A stretch of 43,500 nucleotides of DNA from Escherichia coli (GTDB taxonomy: Bacteria > Pseudomonadota > Gammaproteobacteria > Enterobacterales > Enterobacteriaceae): assembly GCF_003334255.1 (NCBI RefSeq), contig NZ_QOWU01000047.1. The stretch is one strand, 5' to 3'. The translations under genes were made by a program, and so were the position numbers. Each line of letters starts with the position of its first letter. Position 1 is the stretch's first letter. The notes beneath the pieces are model-generated. The model was not told the origin of the DNA, did no database searches, and worked only from the letters and a program-made list of their open reading frames with translations. Shown piece by piece: positions 22,644 through 33,461 of this stretch.

Positions 22644-22682
22644 CTTTAAAAACTGTCTTAGTGTCAGGGGCAGTTTTTAAAG
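22644..22682. promoter_or_regulatory. 12-bp perfect inverted repeat with 15-bp spacer in the sucA upstream region (candidate protein-binding site in the internal suc promoter region)
   Basis: ctttaaaaactg (22644-22655) and cagtttttaaag (22671-22682) are exact reverse complements; located ~120-160 bp upstream of the sucA start. Confidence 0.35.
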
Positions 22683-22704
22683 ATTTCCTGCATTTCTTTG
22701 TTAC

Positions 22705-22824
22705 GCCTGATGCGCTGCGCTTATCAGGCCTACGGGTAATGACTTGTAGGCCGGATAAGGCGTTCACGCCGCATCCGGCACTGGTTGCCTGATGCGACGC
22801 TTGCGCGTCTTATCAGGCCTACGG
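22705..22824. repeat. REP/BIME palindromic elements in the sdhB-sucA intergenic region
   Basis: gcctgatgcgctgcgcttatcaggcctacg ... ggccggataaggcgttcacgccgcatccggca ... gcctgatgcgacgcttgcgcgtcttatcaggcctacg: typical REP consensus in alternating orientation. Confidence 0.85.
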
Positions 22825-22825
22825 T

Positions 22826-23542
22826 TTACGCATTACGTTGCAACAACATCGACTTGATATGGCCGATGGCGCGCGTCGGGTTCAGCCCCTTCGGACATAC
22901 ACTGACGCAGTTCATGATGCTGTGACAGCGGAATACGCTGAATGCATCACTCAAACCGTCGAGGCGGCTGTCAGTCTCGGTATCACGGCTATCAATCAGG
23001 AAACGATATGCCGCTAACAAGCCTGCCGGGCCGATAAACTTATCGGGATTCCACCAGAAAGACGGACAAGAGGTTGAACAACATGCGCAGAGAATACATT
23101 CATACAGCCCGTCGAGTTTTTCGCGCTGCTCTGGCATCTGTAAATGCTCGCGAGCTGGCGGATTTTGTCCATTATTCAACAGGTAAGGCTTAATTTTCTC
23201 ATATTGCGCATAGAATTGTCCCATGTCTACCACCAAATCGCGGATCACCGGTAAACCTGGCAGCGGGCGAATCACAATCTTCTTGCCCGGCTGGTTGAGT
23301 GCCGAAATCGGGGTAATACAGGCCAGACCATTCTTGCCGTTCATGTTCAGACCGTCGGAACCGCACACACCTTCACGGCAGGAGCGGCGGAACGACAGGC
23401 TGGGATCTTTCTCTTTTAGCTGGATAAGCGCATCCAGCAGCATCATGTCGCGACCTTCATCCGCTTCCAGGGTGTAATCCTGCATACGCGGAGCATCATC
23501 AACATCCGGGTTATAGCGATAAATTGAAAACTCGAGTCTCAT
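22826..23542 (-). CDS. sdhB: Succinate dehydrogenase iron-sulfur subunit
   Basis: 238-aa ORF with 2Fe-2S, 4Fe-4S and 3Fe-4S cysteine clusters (CREGVCGSDG, CILCACCSTSCP, CHSIMNCVSVCPKG). Confidence 0.97.
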   Translation of the reverse strand: MRLEFSIYRYNPDVDDAPRMQDYTLEADEGRDMMLLDALIQLKEKDPSLSFRRSCREGVCGSDGLNMNGKNGLACITPISALNQPGKKIVIRPLPGLPVIRDLVVDMGQFYAQYEKIKPYLLNNGQNPPAREHLQMPEQREKLDGLYECILCACCSTSCPSFWWNPDKFIGPAGLLAAYRFLIDSRDTETDSRLDGLSDAFSVFRCHSIMNCVSVCPKGLNPTRAIGHIKSMLLQRNA

Positions 23543-23557
23543 TTTCCTGTCTCCGCA

Positions 23558-25324
23558 TTAGTAAGTACGAATCTTCGGCGGGAATGCCGGGCGCAGTTTC
23601 GGTTCCATGTTGACGCTTCGGCGCGTCATGGATTCCGACTCTGGCAGATACAGGGAGTGGCACAGCCAGTTTTCATCATCACGATCCGGGAAGTCGAAGC
23701 GGCTATGCGCGCCACGGCTTTCGGTACGGAAGTTGGCAGAAACAGCCGTTGCATACGCCGTTTCCATCAGGTTATCCAGTTCCAGGCACTCAACGCGCTG
23801 GGTGTTGAACTCGCTGGAAGTGTCATCCAGACGGGCATTTTTCAGACGCTCGCGGATCACTTTCAACTGCTCAAGCCCTTTCGCCATCGCATCACCTTCA
23901 CGGAAGACCGAGAAGTTATGCTGCATACATTCTTGCAGCGCTTTACGGATCGCCACCGGATCTTCACCGTTACGATTATTGTTCCAGCGGTTCAGGCGAT
24001 CCAGAGACGCTTCAACATCAGACTCGCTGGCATCGCGCAGTGCGCCCTGCTCGGCGATAGACTCTTGCAGATGCAGACCTGCCGCGCGACCAAAGACCAC
24101 CAGGTCCAGCAGCGAGTTGCCGCCCAGACGGTTAGCGCCGTGTACCGATACACAAGCGATTTCACCAACGGCAAACAGTCCCGGAACAACCACATCTTCG
24201 CCTTTCTCATTCACAGTCAGCGCCTGACCGGTAACTTTGGTCGGAATACCGCCCATCATGTAGTGACAGGTTGGGATAACCGGAATCGGCTCTTTCACCG
24301 GATCGACGTGAGCGAAGGTACGGGAAAGCTCCAGGATACCCGGCAGACGGGATTCGAGAACTTCTTTACCCAGGTGATCGAGTTTCAGTTTCGCGTGTGG
24401 CCCCCACGGACCATCACAGCCGCGACCTTCACGGATTTCGATCATGATGGAACGCGCAACCACGTCACGGCCCGCCAGGTCTTTGGCGTTCGGCGCATAA
24501 CGCTCCATAAAACGTTCGCCATGTTTGTTCAGCAGATAACCGCCTTCACCACGGCAACCTTCGGTGACCAGTACGCCCGCACCGGCAATGCCGGTCGGGT
24601 GGAACTGCCACATTTCCATATCCTGCACCGGTACGCCGGCACGGATAGCCATGCCGACACCGTCGCCGGTGTTAATGTGGGCGTTGGTGGTGGACTGATA
24701 AATACGCCCTGCTCCGCCAGTCGCCAGCACGGTAGCGCGGGCTTTGAAATAAACCACTTCACCGGTTTCGATGCACAGTGCGGTACAACCCACCACCGCG
24801 CCATCCTGGTTTTTCACCAGATCCAGCGCATACCACTCGGAGAAAATGGTGGTGTGGTTTTTCAGGTTCTGCTGATAAAGCGTGTGCAACAGTGCGTGAC
24901 CGGTACGGTCAGCTGCTGCCGCAGTGCGTGCCGCCTGCTCGCCGCCGAAGTTTTTCGACTGACCGCCAAACGGACGTTGATAGATACGACCATCATCGAG
25001 ACGCGAGAACGGCAGGCCCATGTGTTCGAGTTCCAGAATCGCTTCCGGCCCGGTTTTACACATATATTCAATCGCGTCCTGGTCACCGATATAGTCCGAC
25101 CCTTTCACGGTGTCGTACATATGCCATTCCCAGTTATCTTCATGGGTATTACCCAGCGCAACGGTAATGCCGCCTTGCGCAGAAACGGTATGGGAACGGG
25201 TCGGGAAGACTTTAGAGAGCAGCGCACAGGTCTGGCCGCTCTGGGAAATTTGCAGCGCCGCGCGCATACCTGCGCCACCGGCACCAATCACAACTGCATC
25301 AAATTCTCTGACTGGCAATTTCAT
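23558..25324 (-). CDS. sdhA: Succinate dehydrogenase flavoprotein subunit
   Basis: ORF translation [24 protein letters not shown]... (FAD-binding GxGxxG); start set at the MKLPVREF Met (588 aa), whose ATG overlaps the sdhD stop (TGATG). Confidence 0.97.
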   Translation of the reverse strand: MKLPVREFDAVVIGAGGAGMRAALQISQSGQTCALLSKVFPTRSHTVSAQGGITVALGNTHEDNWEWHMYDTVKGSDYIGDQDAIEYMCKTGPEAILELEHMGLPFSRLDDGRIYQRPFGGQSKNFGGEQAARTAAAADRTGHALLHTLYQQNLKNHTTIFSEWYALDLVKNQDGAVVGCTALCIETGEVVYFKARATVLATGGAGRIYQSTTNAHINTGDGVGMAIRAGVPVQDMEMWQFHPTGIAGAGVLVTEGCRGEGGYLLNKHGERFMERYAPNAKDLAGRDVVARSIMIEIREGRGCDGPWGPHAKLKLDHLGKEVLESRLPGILELSRTFAHVDPVKEPIPVIPTCHYMMGGIPTKVTGQALTVNEKGEDVVVPGLFAVGEIACVSVHGANRLGGNSLLDLVVFGRAAGLHLQESIAEQGALRDASESDVEASLDRLNRWNNNRNGEDPVAIRKALQECMQHNFSVFREGDAMAKGLEQLKVIRERLKNARLDDTSSEFNTQRVECLELDNLMETAYATAVSANFRTESRGAHSRFDFPDRDDENWLCHSLYLPESESMTRRSVNMEPKLRPAFPPKIRTY

Positions 25325-25671
25325 CACACACCCCACACCACAACGAATCCATAAATCACGTAAACCACCAGTGCAACGACAATCACCAGTTGCAGCATCA
25401 GGCGCAAAGCCAGCGGTTTAACGTAGTCGGTCAACACCTGCCACATGCCGATCCAGGCATGGATCAAGATAGAAAACAGCGCCAGCAGGGTGAACACTTT
25501 GGTGAACGCAGAGGCGAAGAAACCGATCCAGACTTCATATGTCAGCTCGCCACTGGTAGCGAAAAAACCGACCATATAAATGATGTAGAGCGTCAGGACG
25601 ATAGCGGTAGCGCGAACGAGGATGAAATCATGTACGCCATTGCGTCCTAATGCGGAGGCGTTGCTTACCAT
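25324..25671 (-). CDS. sdhD: Succinate dehydrogenase hydrophobic membrane anchor subunit
   Basis: 115-aa hydrophobic ORF between sdhC and sdhA. Confidence 0.95.
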
Positions 25672-26054
25672 ACGAGGACTCCTGCGAGAAGTGAAAGCAC
25701 GACAGTAATAACAAAGGAGATTTTGGCGGAGCGTTTACCCGCTTCGAATGTTTCTTCCAGATAGCCAAAATCCATCATCATGTGGCGAATACCTACGACG
25801 ACGTGATACGCCAGAGCGGTAAGGATGCCCCACATGATAAATTTGACGAAGAAGCTGCCCATAATCGCGGAAGCTTGCTCGAAACCTTCAGGGGAAGAGA
25901 GGCTGGTACCCAGAAGCCACAGCAGGATGCCCACTGCAACAAAGGTGATCACACCGGAAACGCGATGGAGAATGGACGCTATCGCCGTGATGGGGAACCG
26001 GATGGTCTGTAGGTCCAGATTAACAGGTCTTTGTTTTTTCACATTTCTTATCAT
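25665..26054 (-). CDS. sdhC: Succinate dehydrogenase cytochrome b556 subunit
   Basis: Hydrophobic [37 protein letters not shown]...; start set at the MIRNV Met (129 aa); an in-frame Met 5 codons upstream (26069) is an alternative start. Confidence 0.92.
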
Positions 26055-26762
26055 GAATAACGCCCACATGCTGTTCTTATTATTCCCTGGGGACTACGGG
26101 CACAGAGGTTAACTTTCTGTTACCTGGAGACGTCGGGATTTCCTTCCTCCGGTCTGCTTGCGGGTCAGACAGCGTCCTTTCTATAACTGCGCGTCATGCA
26201 AAACACTGCTTCCAGATGCGAAAACGACACGTTACAACGCTGGGTGGCTCGGGATTGCAGGGTGTTCCGGAGACCTGGCGGCAGTATAGGCTGTTCACAA
26301 AATCATTACAATTAACCTACATATAGTTTGTCGGGTTTTATCCTGAACAGTGATCCAGGTCACGATAACAACATTTATTTAATTTTTAATCATCTAATTT
26401 GACAATCATTCAACAAAGTTGTTACAAACATTACCAGGAAAAGCATATAATGCGTAAAAGTTATGAAGTCGGTATTTCACCTAAGATTAACTTATGTAAC
26501 AGTGTGGAAGTATTGACCAATTCATTCGGGACAGTTATTAGTGGTAGACAAGTTTAATAATTCGGATTGCTAAGTACTTGATTCGCCATTTATTCGTCAT
26601 CAATGGATCCTTTACCTGCAAGCGCCCAGAGCTCTGTACCCAGGTTTTCCCCTCTTTCACAGAGCGGCGAGCCAAATAAAAAACGGGTAAAGCCAGGTTG
26701 ATGTGCGAAGGCAAATTTAAGTTCCGGCAGTCTTACGCAATAAGGCGCTAAGGAGACCTTAA
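26055..26762. promoter_or_regulatory. Divergent gltA / sdhCDAB-sucABCD intergenic control region
   Basis: ~700-bp non-coding region between divergently oriented sdhC and gltA, AT-rich in its centre; gltA Shine-Dalgarno TAAGGAGA at 26749-26756. Confidence 0.7.
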
Positions 26763-28046
26763 ATGGCTGATACAAAAGCAAAACTCACCCTCAACGGGGA
26801 TACAGCTGTTGAACTGGATGTGCTGAAAGGCACGCTGGGTCAAGATGTTATTGATATCCGTACTCTCGGTTCAAAAGGTGTGTTCACCTTTGACCCAGGC
26901 TTCACTTCAACCGCATCCTGCGAATCTAAAATTACTTTTATTGATGGTGATGAAGGTATTTTGCTGCACCGCGGTTTCCCGATCGATCAGCTGGCGACCG
27001 ATTCTAACTACCTGGAAGTTTGTTACATCCTGCTGAATGGTGAAAAACCGACTCAGGAACAGTATGACGAATTTAAAACTACGGTGACCCGTCATACCAT
27101 GATCCACGAGCAGATTACCCGTCTGTTCCATGCTTTCCGTCGCGACTCGCATCCAATGGCAGTCATGTGTGGTATTACCGGCGCGCTGGCGGCGTTCTAT
27201 CACGACTCGCTGGATGTTAACAATCCTCGTCACCGTGAAATTGCCGCGTTCCGCCTGCTGTCGAAAATGCCGACCATGGCCGCGATGTGTTACAAGTATT
27301 CCATTGGTCAGCCATTTGTTTACCCGCGCAACGATCTCTCCTACGCCGGTAACTTCCTGAATATGATGTTCTCCACGCCGTGCGAACCGTATGAAGTTAA
27401 TCCGATTCTGGAACGTGCTATGGACCGTATTCTGATCCTGCACGCTGACCATGAACAGAACGCCTCTACCTCCACCGTGCGTACCGCTGGCTCTTCGGGT
27501 GCGAACCCGTTTGCCTGTATCGCAGCAGGTATTGCTTCACTGTGGGGACCTGCGCACGGCGGTGCTAACGAAGCGGCGCTGAAAATGCTGGAAGAAATCA
27601 GCTCCGTTAAACACATTCCGGAATTTGTTCGTCGTGCGAAAGACAAAAATGATTCTTTCCGCCTGATGGGCTTCGGTCACCGCGTGTACAAAAATTACGA
27701 CCCGCGCGCCACCGTAATGCGTGAAACCTGCCATGAAGTGCTGAAAGAGCTGGGCACGAAGGATGACCTGCTGGAAGTGGCTATGGAGCTGGAAAACATC
27801 GCGCTGAACGACCCGTACTTTATCGAGAAGAAACTGTACCCGAACGTCGATTTCTACTCTGGTATCATCCTGAAAGCGATGGGTATTCCGTCTTCCATGT
27901 TCACCGTCATTTTCGCAATGGCACGTACCGTTGGCTGGATCGCCCACTGGAGCGAAATGCACAGTGACGGTATGAAGATTGCCCGTCCGCGTCAGCTGTA
28001 TACAGGATATGAAAAACGCGACTTTAAAAGCGATATCAAGCGTTAA
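26763..28046 (+). CDS. gltA: Citrate synthase (type II, hexameric)
   Basis: 427-aa [50 protein letters not shown]... with GFGHRVYK active-site motif. Confidence 0.97.
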   Translation: MADTKAKLTLNGDTAVELDVLKGTLGQDVIDIRTLGSKGVFTFDPGFTSTASCESKITFIDGDEGILLHRGFPIDQLATDSNYLEVCYILLNGEKPTQEQYDEFKTTVTRHTMIHEQITRLFHAFRRDSHPMAVMCGITGALAAFYHDSLDVNNPRHREIAAFRLLSKMPTMAAMCYKYSIGQPFVYPRNDLSYAGNFLNMMFSTPCEPYEVNPILERAMDRILILHADHEQNASTSTVRTAGSSGANPFACIAAGIASLWGPAHGGANEAALKMLEEISSVKHIPEFVRRAKDKNDSFRLMGFGHRVYKNYDPRATVMRETCHEVLKELGTKDDLLEVAMELENIALNDPYFIEKKLYPNVDFYSGIILKAMGIPSSMFTVIFAMARTVGWIAHWSEMHSDGMKIARPRQLYTGYEKRDFKSDIKR

Positions 28047-28074
28047 TGGTTGATTGCTAAGTTGTAAATATTTT

Positions 28075-28106
28075 AACCCGCCGTTCATATGGCGGGTTGA
28101 TTTTTA
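28075..28106 (+). terminator. Rho-independent terminator of gltA
   Basis: Hairpin aacccgcc-gttcatat-ggcgggtt followed by gattttta, 29 nt after the gltA stop. Confidence 0.8.
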
Positions 28107-28435
28107 TATGCCTAAACACAAAAAATTGTAAAAATAAAATCCATTAACAGACCTATATAGATATTTAAAAAGAATAGAACAGCTCAAATTATCAGCAACC
28201 CAATACTTTCAATTAAAAACTTCATGGTAGTCGCATTTATAACCCTATGAAAATGACGTCTATCTATACCCCCCTATATTTTATTCATCATACAACAAAT
28301 TCATGATACCAATAATTTAGTTTTGCATTTAATAAAACTAACAATATTTTTAAGCAAAACTAAAAACTAGCAATAATCAAATACGATATTCTGGCGTAGC
28401 TATACCCCTATTCTATATCCTTAAAGGACTCTGTT
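28107..28435. promoter_or_regulatory. Strongly AT-rich upstream region of the ybgD fimbrial operon (candidate nucleoid-protein-silenced promoter)
   Basis: ~330 bp of very low GC content with multiple A/T tracts immediately upstream of ybgD. Confidence 0.5.
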
Positions 28436-29002
28436 ATGTTTAAAGGACAAAAAACATTGGCCGCACTGGCCGTATCTCTGCTGTTCACTGCACCTGTTTA
28501 TGCTGCTGATGAAGGTTCTGGCGAAATTCACTTTAAGGGGGAGGTTATTGAAGCACCTTGTGAAATTCATCCAGAAGATATTGATAAAAACATAGATCTT
28601 GGACAAGTCACGACAACCCATATAAACCGGGAGCATCATAGCAATAAAGTGGCCGTCGACATTCGCTTGATCAACTGTGATCTGCCTGCTTCTGACAACG
28701 GTAGCGGAATGCCGGTATCCAAAGTTGGCGTAACCTTCGATAGCACGGCTAAGACAACTGGTGCTACGCCTTTGTTGAGCAACACCAGTGCAGGCGAAGC
28801 AACTGGGGTCGGTGTACGACTGATGGACAAAAATGACGGTAACATCGTATTAGGTTCAGCCGCGCCAGATCTTGACCTGGATGCAAGCTCATCAGAACAG
28901 ACGCTGAACTTTTTCGCCTGGATGGAACAAATTGATAATGCAGTCGATGTCACGGCAGGTGAAGTAACCGCTAACGCAACCTACGTGCTGGATTATAAAT
29001 AA
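28436..29002 (+). CDS. ybgD: Fimbrial major subunit-like protein (type 1 pilin family)
   Basis: 188-aa ORF with signal peptide (MFKGQKTLAALAVSLLFTAPVYA) and pilin-like C-terminal beta-strand (ANATYVLDYK). Confidence 0.88.
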   Translation: MFKGQKTLAALAVSLLFTAPVYAADEGSGEIHFKGEVIEAPCEIHPEDIDKNIDLGQVTTTHINREHHSNKVAVDIRLINCDLPASDNGSGMPVSKVGVTFDSTAKTTGATPLLSNTSAGEATGVGVRLMDKNDGNIVLGSAAPDLDLDASSSEQTLNFFAWMEQIDNAVDVTAGEVTANATYVLDYK

Positions 29003-29052
29003 GTATTATTTTGGCGGCATCATCGCCGCCTTTCATAAAATATTTATCAGGT

Positions 29053-31509
29053 ATGGACACCGTGAATATTTATCGACTCTCTTTTGTATCCTGCCTGGTC
29101 ATGGCGATGCCTTGCGCAATGGCGGTCGAATTCAATCTGAATGTTCTCGATAAATCAATGCGCGACCGCATTGATATTTCATTATTAAAGGAAAAAGGAG
29201 TCATTGCTCCCGGTGAATATTTTGTTAGCGTTGCGGTGAATAACAACAAAATCAGTAATGGGCAAAAAATTAACTGGCAAAAAAAGGGTGACAAAACCAT
29301 TCCACGCATCAATGATTCACTGGTCGATAAATTTGGTTTAAAACCAGATATCCGTCAGTCCTTGCCACAGATAGATCGGTGTATTGATTTCAGTTCCCGA
29401 CCTGAAATGCTCTTCAATTTCGATCAAGCCAATCAGCAACTGAATATTAGTATTCCGCAAGCCTGGCTGGCGTGGCACTCAGAAAACTGGGCTCCCCCCT
29501 CTACATGGAAAGAAGGTGTTGCCGGTGTCCTGATGGATTACAACTTGTTTGCCAGCAGCTACCGCCCACAGGACGGCAGCAGCAGCACTAACCTGAATGC
29601 CTACGGTACCGCCGGAATTAACGCCGGGGCATGGCGCTTACGCAGTGATTACCAGCTTAATAAGACCGATAGCGAAGATAACCATGACCAGTCAGGCGGA
29701 ATATCGCGCACCTATCTTTTTCGTCCATTACCGCAATTAGGCTCTAAGTTAACCCTCGGCGAAACCGATTTCAGTTCCAATATTTTCGATGGTTTTTCTT
29801 ATACCGGCGCGGCACTGGCGAGTGACGATCGAATGTTACCGTGGGAGCTGCGTGGCTACGCCCCACAAATTAGCGGTATTGCACAGACCAATGCCACGGT
29901 GACGATCAGTCAATCAGGCCGCGTCATTTACCAGAAAAAAGTCCCGCCAGGCCCGTTTATTATTGATGACCTCAATCAGTCTGTTCAGGGCACGCTGGAT
30001 GTCAAAGTGACGGAAGAAGATGGTCGGGTGAACAATTTCCAGGTTTCGGCAGCATCGACGCCCTTCCTGACTCGCCAGGGACAGGTTCGCTATAAATTGG
30101 CCGCGGGTCAGCCACGGCCTTCCATGTCACATCAAACTGAAAATGAAACCTTTTTTAGCAATGAAGTTTCCTGGGGGATGCTCTCAAACACCTCGCTGTA
30201 CGGCGGCCTGCTGATTTCTGATGATGACTACCATTCTGCCGCAATGGGTATCGGGCAAAATATGCTGTGGCTTGGCGCACTGTCCTTTGATGTCACCTGG
30301 GCCAGTAGCCATTTTGATACTCAGCAGGACGAGCGGGGCTTAAGCTACCGTTTTAATTACAGCAAACAAGTGGATGCCACCAACAGCACGATTTCGCTCG
30401 CCGCTTATCGCTTCTCAGATCGTCATTTTCACAGCTACGCCAACTATCTGGATCACAAATACAACGACAGCGATGCGCAGGACGAAAAACAGACGATCAG
30501 CTTATCCGTGGGCCAACCGATTACCCCACTAAACCTCAATCTTTACGCCAACCTGCTACATCAAACCTGGTGGAATGCAGACGCCTCCACGACCGCCAAC
30601 ATCACAGCAGGTTTTAATGTTGATATTGGTGACTGGAGAGATATCTCGATTTCGACGTCATTCAATACGACCCACTACGAAGATAAAGATCGCGACAACC
30701 AGATTTATCTGTCGATTTCGCTCCCCTTCGGTAACGGTGGTCGGGTTGGCTATGACATGCAAAACAGTAGCCACAGCACCATACACCGCATGTCGTGGAA
30801 CGATACGCTGGATGAACGTAATAGCTGGGGCATGTCTGCCGGACTGCAATCCGATCGTCCGGACAATGGAGCCCAGGTGAGCGGTAACTATCAGCACCTG
30901 AGTTCAGCGGGTGAGTGGGATATTTCTGGTACCTATGCCGCCAGTGATTACAGTTCCGTCAGCAGCAGCTGGAGCGGTTCTTTCACCGCAACCCAATATG
31001 GTGCAGCATTTCATCGCCGCAGCTCCACCAATGAACCACGCCTGATGGTCAGCACCGATGGCGTGGCAGATATTCCGGTTCAGGGCAATCTCGACTACAC
31101 CAACCATTTTGGCATTGCGGTGGTGCCGTTGATTTCCAGTTACCAGCCTTCCACCGTGGCGGTGAACATGAATGACTTACCCGACGGCGTAACAGTTGCA
31201 GAAAACGTCATCAAGGAAACATGGATTGAAGGCGCGATAGGTTACAAATCACTGGCTTCCCGTTCCGGTAAAGACGTTAACGTCATCATACGCAACGCCA
31301 GCGGTCAGTTCCCTCCCCTCGGTGCGGATATCCGCCAGGATGACAGCGGCATTAGCGTGGGTATGGTTGGCGAGGAAGGACATGCCTGGTTAAGCGGTGT
31401 CGCTGAAAATCAACTGTTTACCGTGGTCTGGGGTGAGCAAAGCTGCATTATTCATCTGCCAGAACGTCTGGAAGACACGACCAAACGCCTGATTTTACCT
31501 TGTCATTAA
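29053..31509 (+). CDS. ybgQ: Fimbrial outer-membrane usher protein (FimD/PapC family)
   Basis: Large ORF with usher-family architecture; start ambiguous (ATG at 29053, GTG at 29062, or upstream in-frame ATG at 29011). Confidence 0.88.
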   Translation: MDTVNIYRLSFVSCLVMAMPCAMAVEFNLNVLDKSMRDRIDISLLKEKGVIAPGEYFVSVAVNNNKISNGQKINWQKKGDKTIPRINDSLVDKFGLKPDIRQSLPQIDRCIDFSSRPEMLFNFDQANQQLNISIPQAWLAWHSENWAPPSTWKEGVAGVLMDYNLFASSYRPQDGSSSTNLNAYGTAGINAGAWRLRSDYQLNKTDSEDNHDQSGGISRTYLFRPLPQLGSKLTLGETDFSSNIFDGFSYTGAALASDDRMLPWELRGYAPQISGIAQTNATVTISQSGRVIYQKKVPPGPFIIDDLNQSVQGTLDVKVTEEDGRVNNFQVSAASTPFLTRQGQVRYKLAAGQPRPSMSHQTENETFFSNEVSWGMLSNTSLYGGLLISDDDYHSAAMGIGQNMLWLGALSFDVTWASSHFDTQQDERGLSYRFNYSKQVDATNSTISLAAYRFSDRHFHSYANYLDHKYNDSDAQDEKQTISLSVGQPITPLNLNLYANLLHQTWWNADASTTANITAGFNVDIGDWRDISISTSFNTTHYEDKDRDNQIYLSISLPFGNGGRVGYDMQNSSHSTIHRMSWNDTLDERNSWGMSAGLQSDRPDNGAQVSGNYQHLSSAGEWDISGTYAASDYSSVSSSWSGSFTATQYGAAFHRRSSTNEPRLMVSTDGVADIPVQGNLDYTNHFGIAVVPLISSYQPSTVAVNMNDLPDGVTVAENVIKETWIEGAIGYKSLASRSGKDVNVIIRNASGQFPPLGADIRQDDSGISVGMVGEEGHAWLSGVAENQLFTVVWGEQSCIIHLPERLEDTTKRLILPCH

Positions 31510-31523
31510 TTAAGGAAAAGAGA

Positions 31524-32252
31524 ATGACATTTATTAAAGGATTACCCTTAATGTTGTTAACCATCAGCTTGGGTTGCAATGCTGCGGTGCAACCCGATCG
31601 CACACGCATTGTGTTTAACGCCAATGACAAAGCCACCAGCCTGCGTATCGAAAACCAAAGTGACAAACTGCCTTATCTTGCTTATTCCTGGATAGAAAAT
31701 GAAAAAGGGGAGAAAAGCGATGCTCTTCTGGTCGCTTTGCCCCCTATTCAACGTCTGGAACCGAAAGCGACATCGCAGGTGCGGGTTGTGAAACAAGCCT
31801 CAACCACACAATTACCTGGCGATCGCGAAACGCTATTTTTCTACAATATGCGCGAAATTCCTCCCGCTCCGGATAAAAGCAGCGACCATGCGATACTTCA
31901 GGTCGCTATTCAAAGTCGTATTAAATTGTTCTGGCGACCGGCTGCATTACGCAAGAAAGCAGGAGAAAAGGTCGAACTGCAGTTACAGGTCAGCCAGCAG
32001 GGCAACCAACTGACACTGAAAAATCCTACCGCGTATTATCTGACCATTGCCTATCTGGGGAGAAATGAAAAAGGCGTTCTCCCAGGCTTCAAAACCGTGA
32101 TGGTTGCACCTTTTAGTACGGTCAACACAAACACCGGAAGTTATAGCGGCAGCCAGTTTTATCTCGGTTACATGGATGATTACGGCGCATTACGCATGAC
32201 GACGCTCAACTGCAGCGGACAATGCCGTTTACAAGCAGTGGAGGCGAAATGA
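31524..32252 (+). CDS. ybgP: Fimbrial periplasmic chaperone (PapD/FimC family)
   Basis: 242-aa ORF from the Met preceded by AAGGAAAAGAGA; signal peptide plus immunoglobulin-like chaperone domains. Confidence 0.9.
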   Translation: MTFIKGLPLMLLTISLGCNAAVQPDRTRIVFNANDKATSLRIENQSDKLPYLAYSWIENEKGEKSDALLVALPPIQRLEPKATSQVRVVKQASTTQLPGDRETLFFYNMREIPPAPDKSSDHAILQVAIQSRIKLFWRPAALRKKAGEKVELQLQVSQQGNQLTLKNPTAYYLTIAYLGRNEKGVLPGFKTVMVAPFSTVNTNTGSYSGSQFYLGYMDDYGALRMTTLNCSGQCRLQAVEAK

Positions 32253-33310
32253 GTGCTGGCAAGGGATTGTTGCTCGTCATCTGCCTGTTATTTCTGCCGT
32301 TGAAGTCTGCAATGGCGCTGAACTGCTATTTTGGTACATCTGGTGGCGCAGTAGAAAAATCAGAAGCGATTCAACCGTTTGCTGTACCAGGCAATGCCAA
32401 ACCCGGTGATAAGATCTGGGAATCTGACGATATTAAAATTCCCGTCTATTGTGACAACAATACCAACGGCAACTTTGAAAGCGAGCATGTCTACGCCTGG
32501 GTAAACCCCTATCCGGGGGTGCAGGATCGTTATTATCAACTCGGCGTGACATACAACGGTGTCGATTACGATGCCAGTCTGGGAAAAAGTCGCATCGACA
32601 CTAACCAGTGTATCGACAGTAAGAACATTGATATTTATACCCCTGAGCAGATCATCGCGATGGGATGGCAGAACAAAATTTGCTCGGGCGATCCCGCTAA
32701 TATTCATATGTCGCGTACCTTTCTCGCTCGCATGCGGTTATACGTCAAAATACGAGAAATGCCGCCGCATGATTATCAAAGTACGCTTAGCGACTATATC
32801 GTCGTGCAATTTGACGGTGCCGGTAGCGTTAACGAAGACCCTACTGCCCAAAACCTGAAATATCATATTACTGGTCTGGAAAACATTCGCGTGCTGGATT
32901 GCAGCGTCAATTTTTCCATTTCACCGGAAACACAGGTGATTGATTTTGGTAAATTTAATTTGCTGGATATACGTCGCCACACAATGTCGAAAACGTTCAG
33001 TATTAAAACGACCAAGAGCCAAAACGATCAATGCACCGACGGATTTAAAGTCAGTTCCTCCTTTTATACCGAAGAAACGTTGGTTGAAGAAGATAAAGCA
33101 TTGTTGATTGGTAATGGTCTGAAGCTACGTTTACTGGATGAAAACGCCTCGCCTTATACCTTCAATAAATATGCTGAATACGCCGATTTCACCAGTGACA
33201 TGTTGGTCTACGAAAAAACCTATACGGCTGAACTTTCGTCCATTCCAGGCACCCCCATCGAGGCTGGCCCCTTCGATACAGTGGTGCTTTTTAAGATTAA
33301 CTATAACTGA
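32249..33310 (+). CDS. ybgO: Fimbrial adhesin-like protein (putative tip adhesin)
   Basis: 353-aa ORF from [17 protein letters not shown]... (signal peptide); start overlaps ybgP stop (ATGA); last gene of the chaperone-usher operon. Confidence 0.85.
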   Translation: MSAGKGLLLVICLLFLPLKSAMALNCYFGTSGGAVEKSEAIQPFAVPGNAKPGDKIWESDDIKIPVYCDNNTNGNFESEHVYAWVNPYPGVQDRYYQLGVTYNGVDYDASLGKSRIDTNQCIDSKNIDIYTPEQIIAMGWQNKICSGDPANIHMSRTFLARMRLYVKIREMPPHDYQSTLSDYIVVQFDGAGSVNEDPTAQNLKYHITGLENIRVLDCSVNFSISPETQVIDFGKFNLLDIRRHTMSKTFSIKTTKSQNDQCTDGFKVSSSFYTEETLVEEDKALLIGNGLKLRLLDENASPYTFNKYAEYADFTSDMLVYEKTYTAELSSIPGTPIEAGPFDTVVLFKINYN

Positions 33311-33318
33311 TTTACCAT

Positions 33319-33352
33319 GATGCCCTTTGCCGCCGGAAAGGGCATCTCTTTC
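33319..33352 (+). terminator. Putative terminator of the ybgDQPO operon
   Basis: Inverted repeat gatgcccttt-gccgccgg-aaagggcatc followed by tctttc, 9 nt after the ybgO stop. Confidence 0.5.
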
Positions 33353-33461
33353 AGAAAATTGCTGATTTTCCCCTTTTCCTTGATTGCTGTTATTTTTTCC
33401 TGGCCCAGCTTTCTTTATGCTGTATCGATACACCAAAGAGAAAATAATGAGGGAGCGAAGG

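Noticed and set aside
23657-25354. 565-aa plus-strand ORF antisense to sdhA
   Set aside because: Same reasoning: antisense to a recognised flavoprotein gene, no Shine-Dalgarno, no recognisable protein family.
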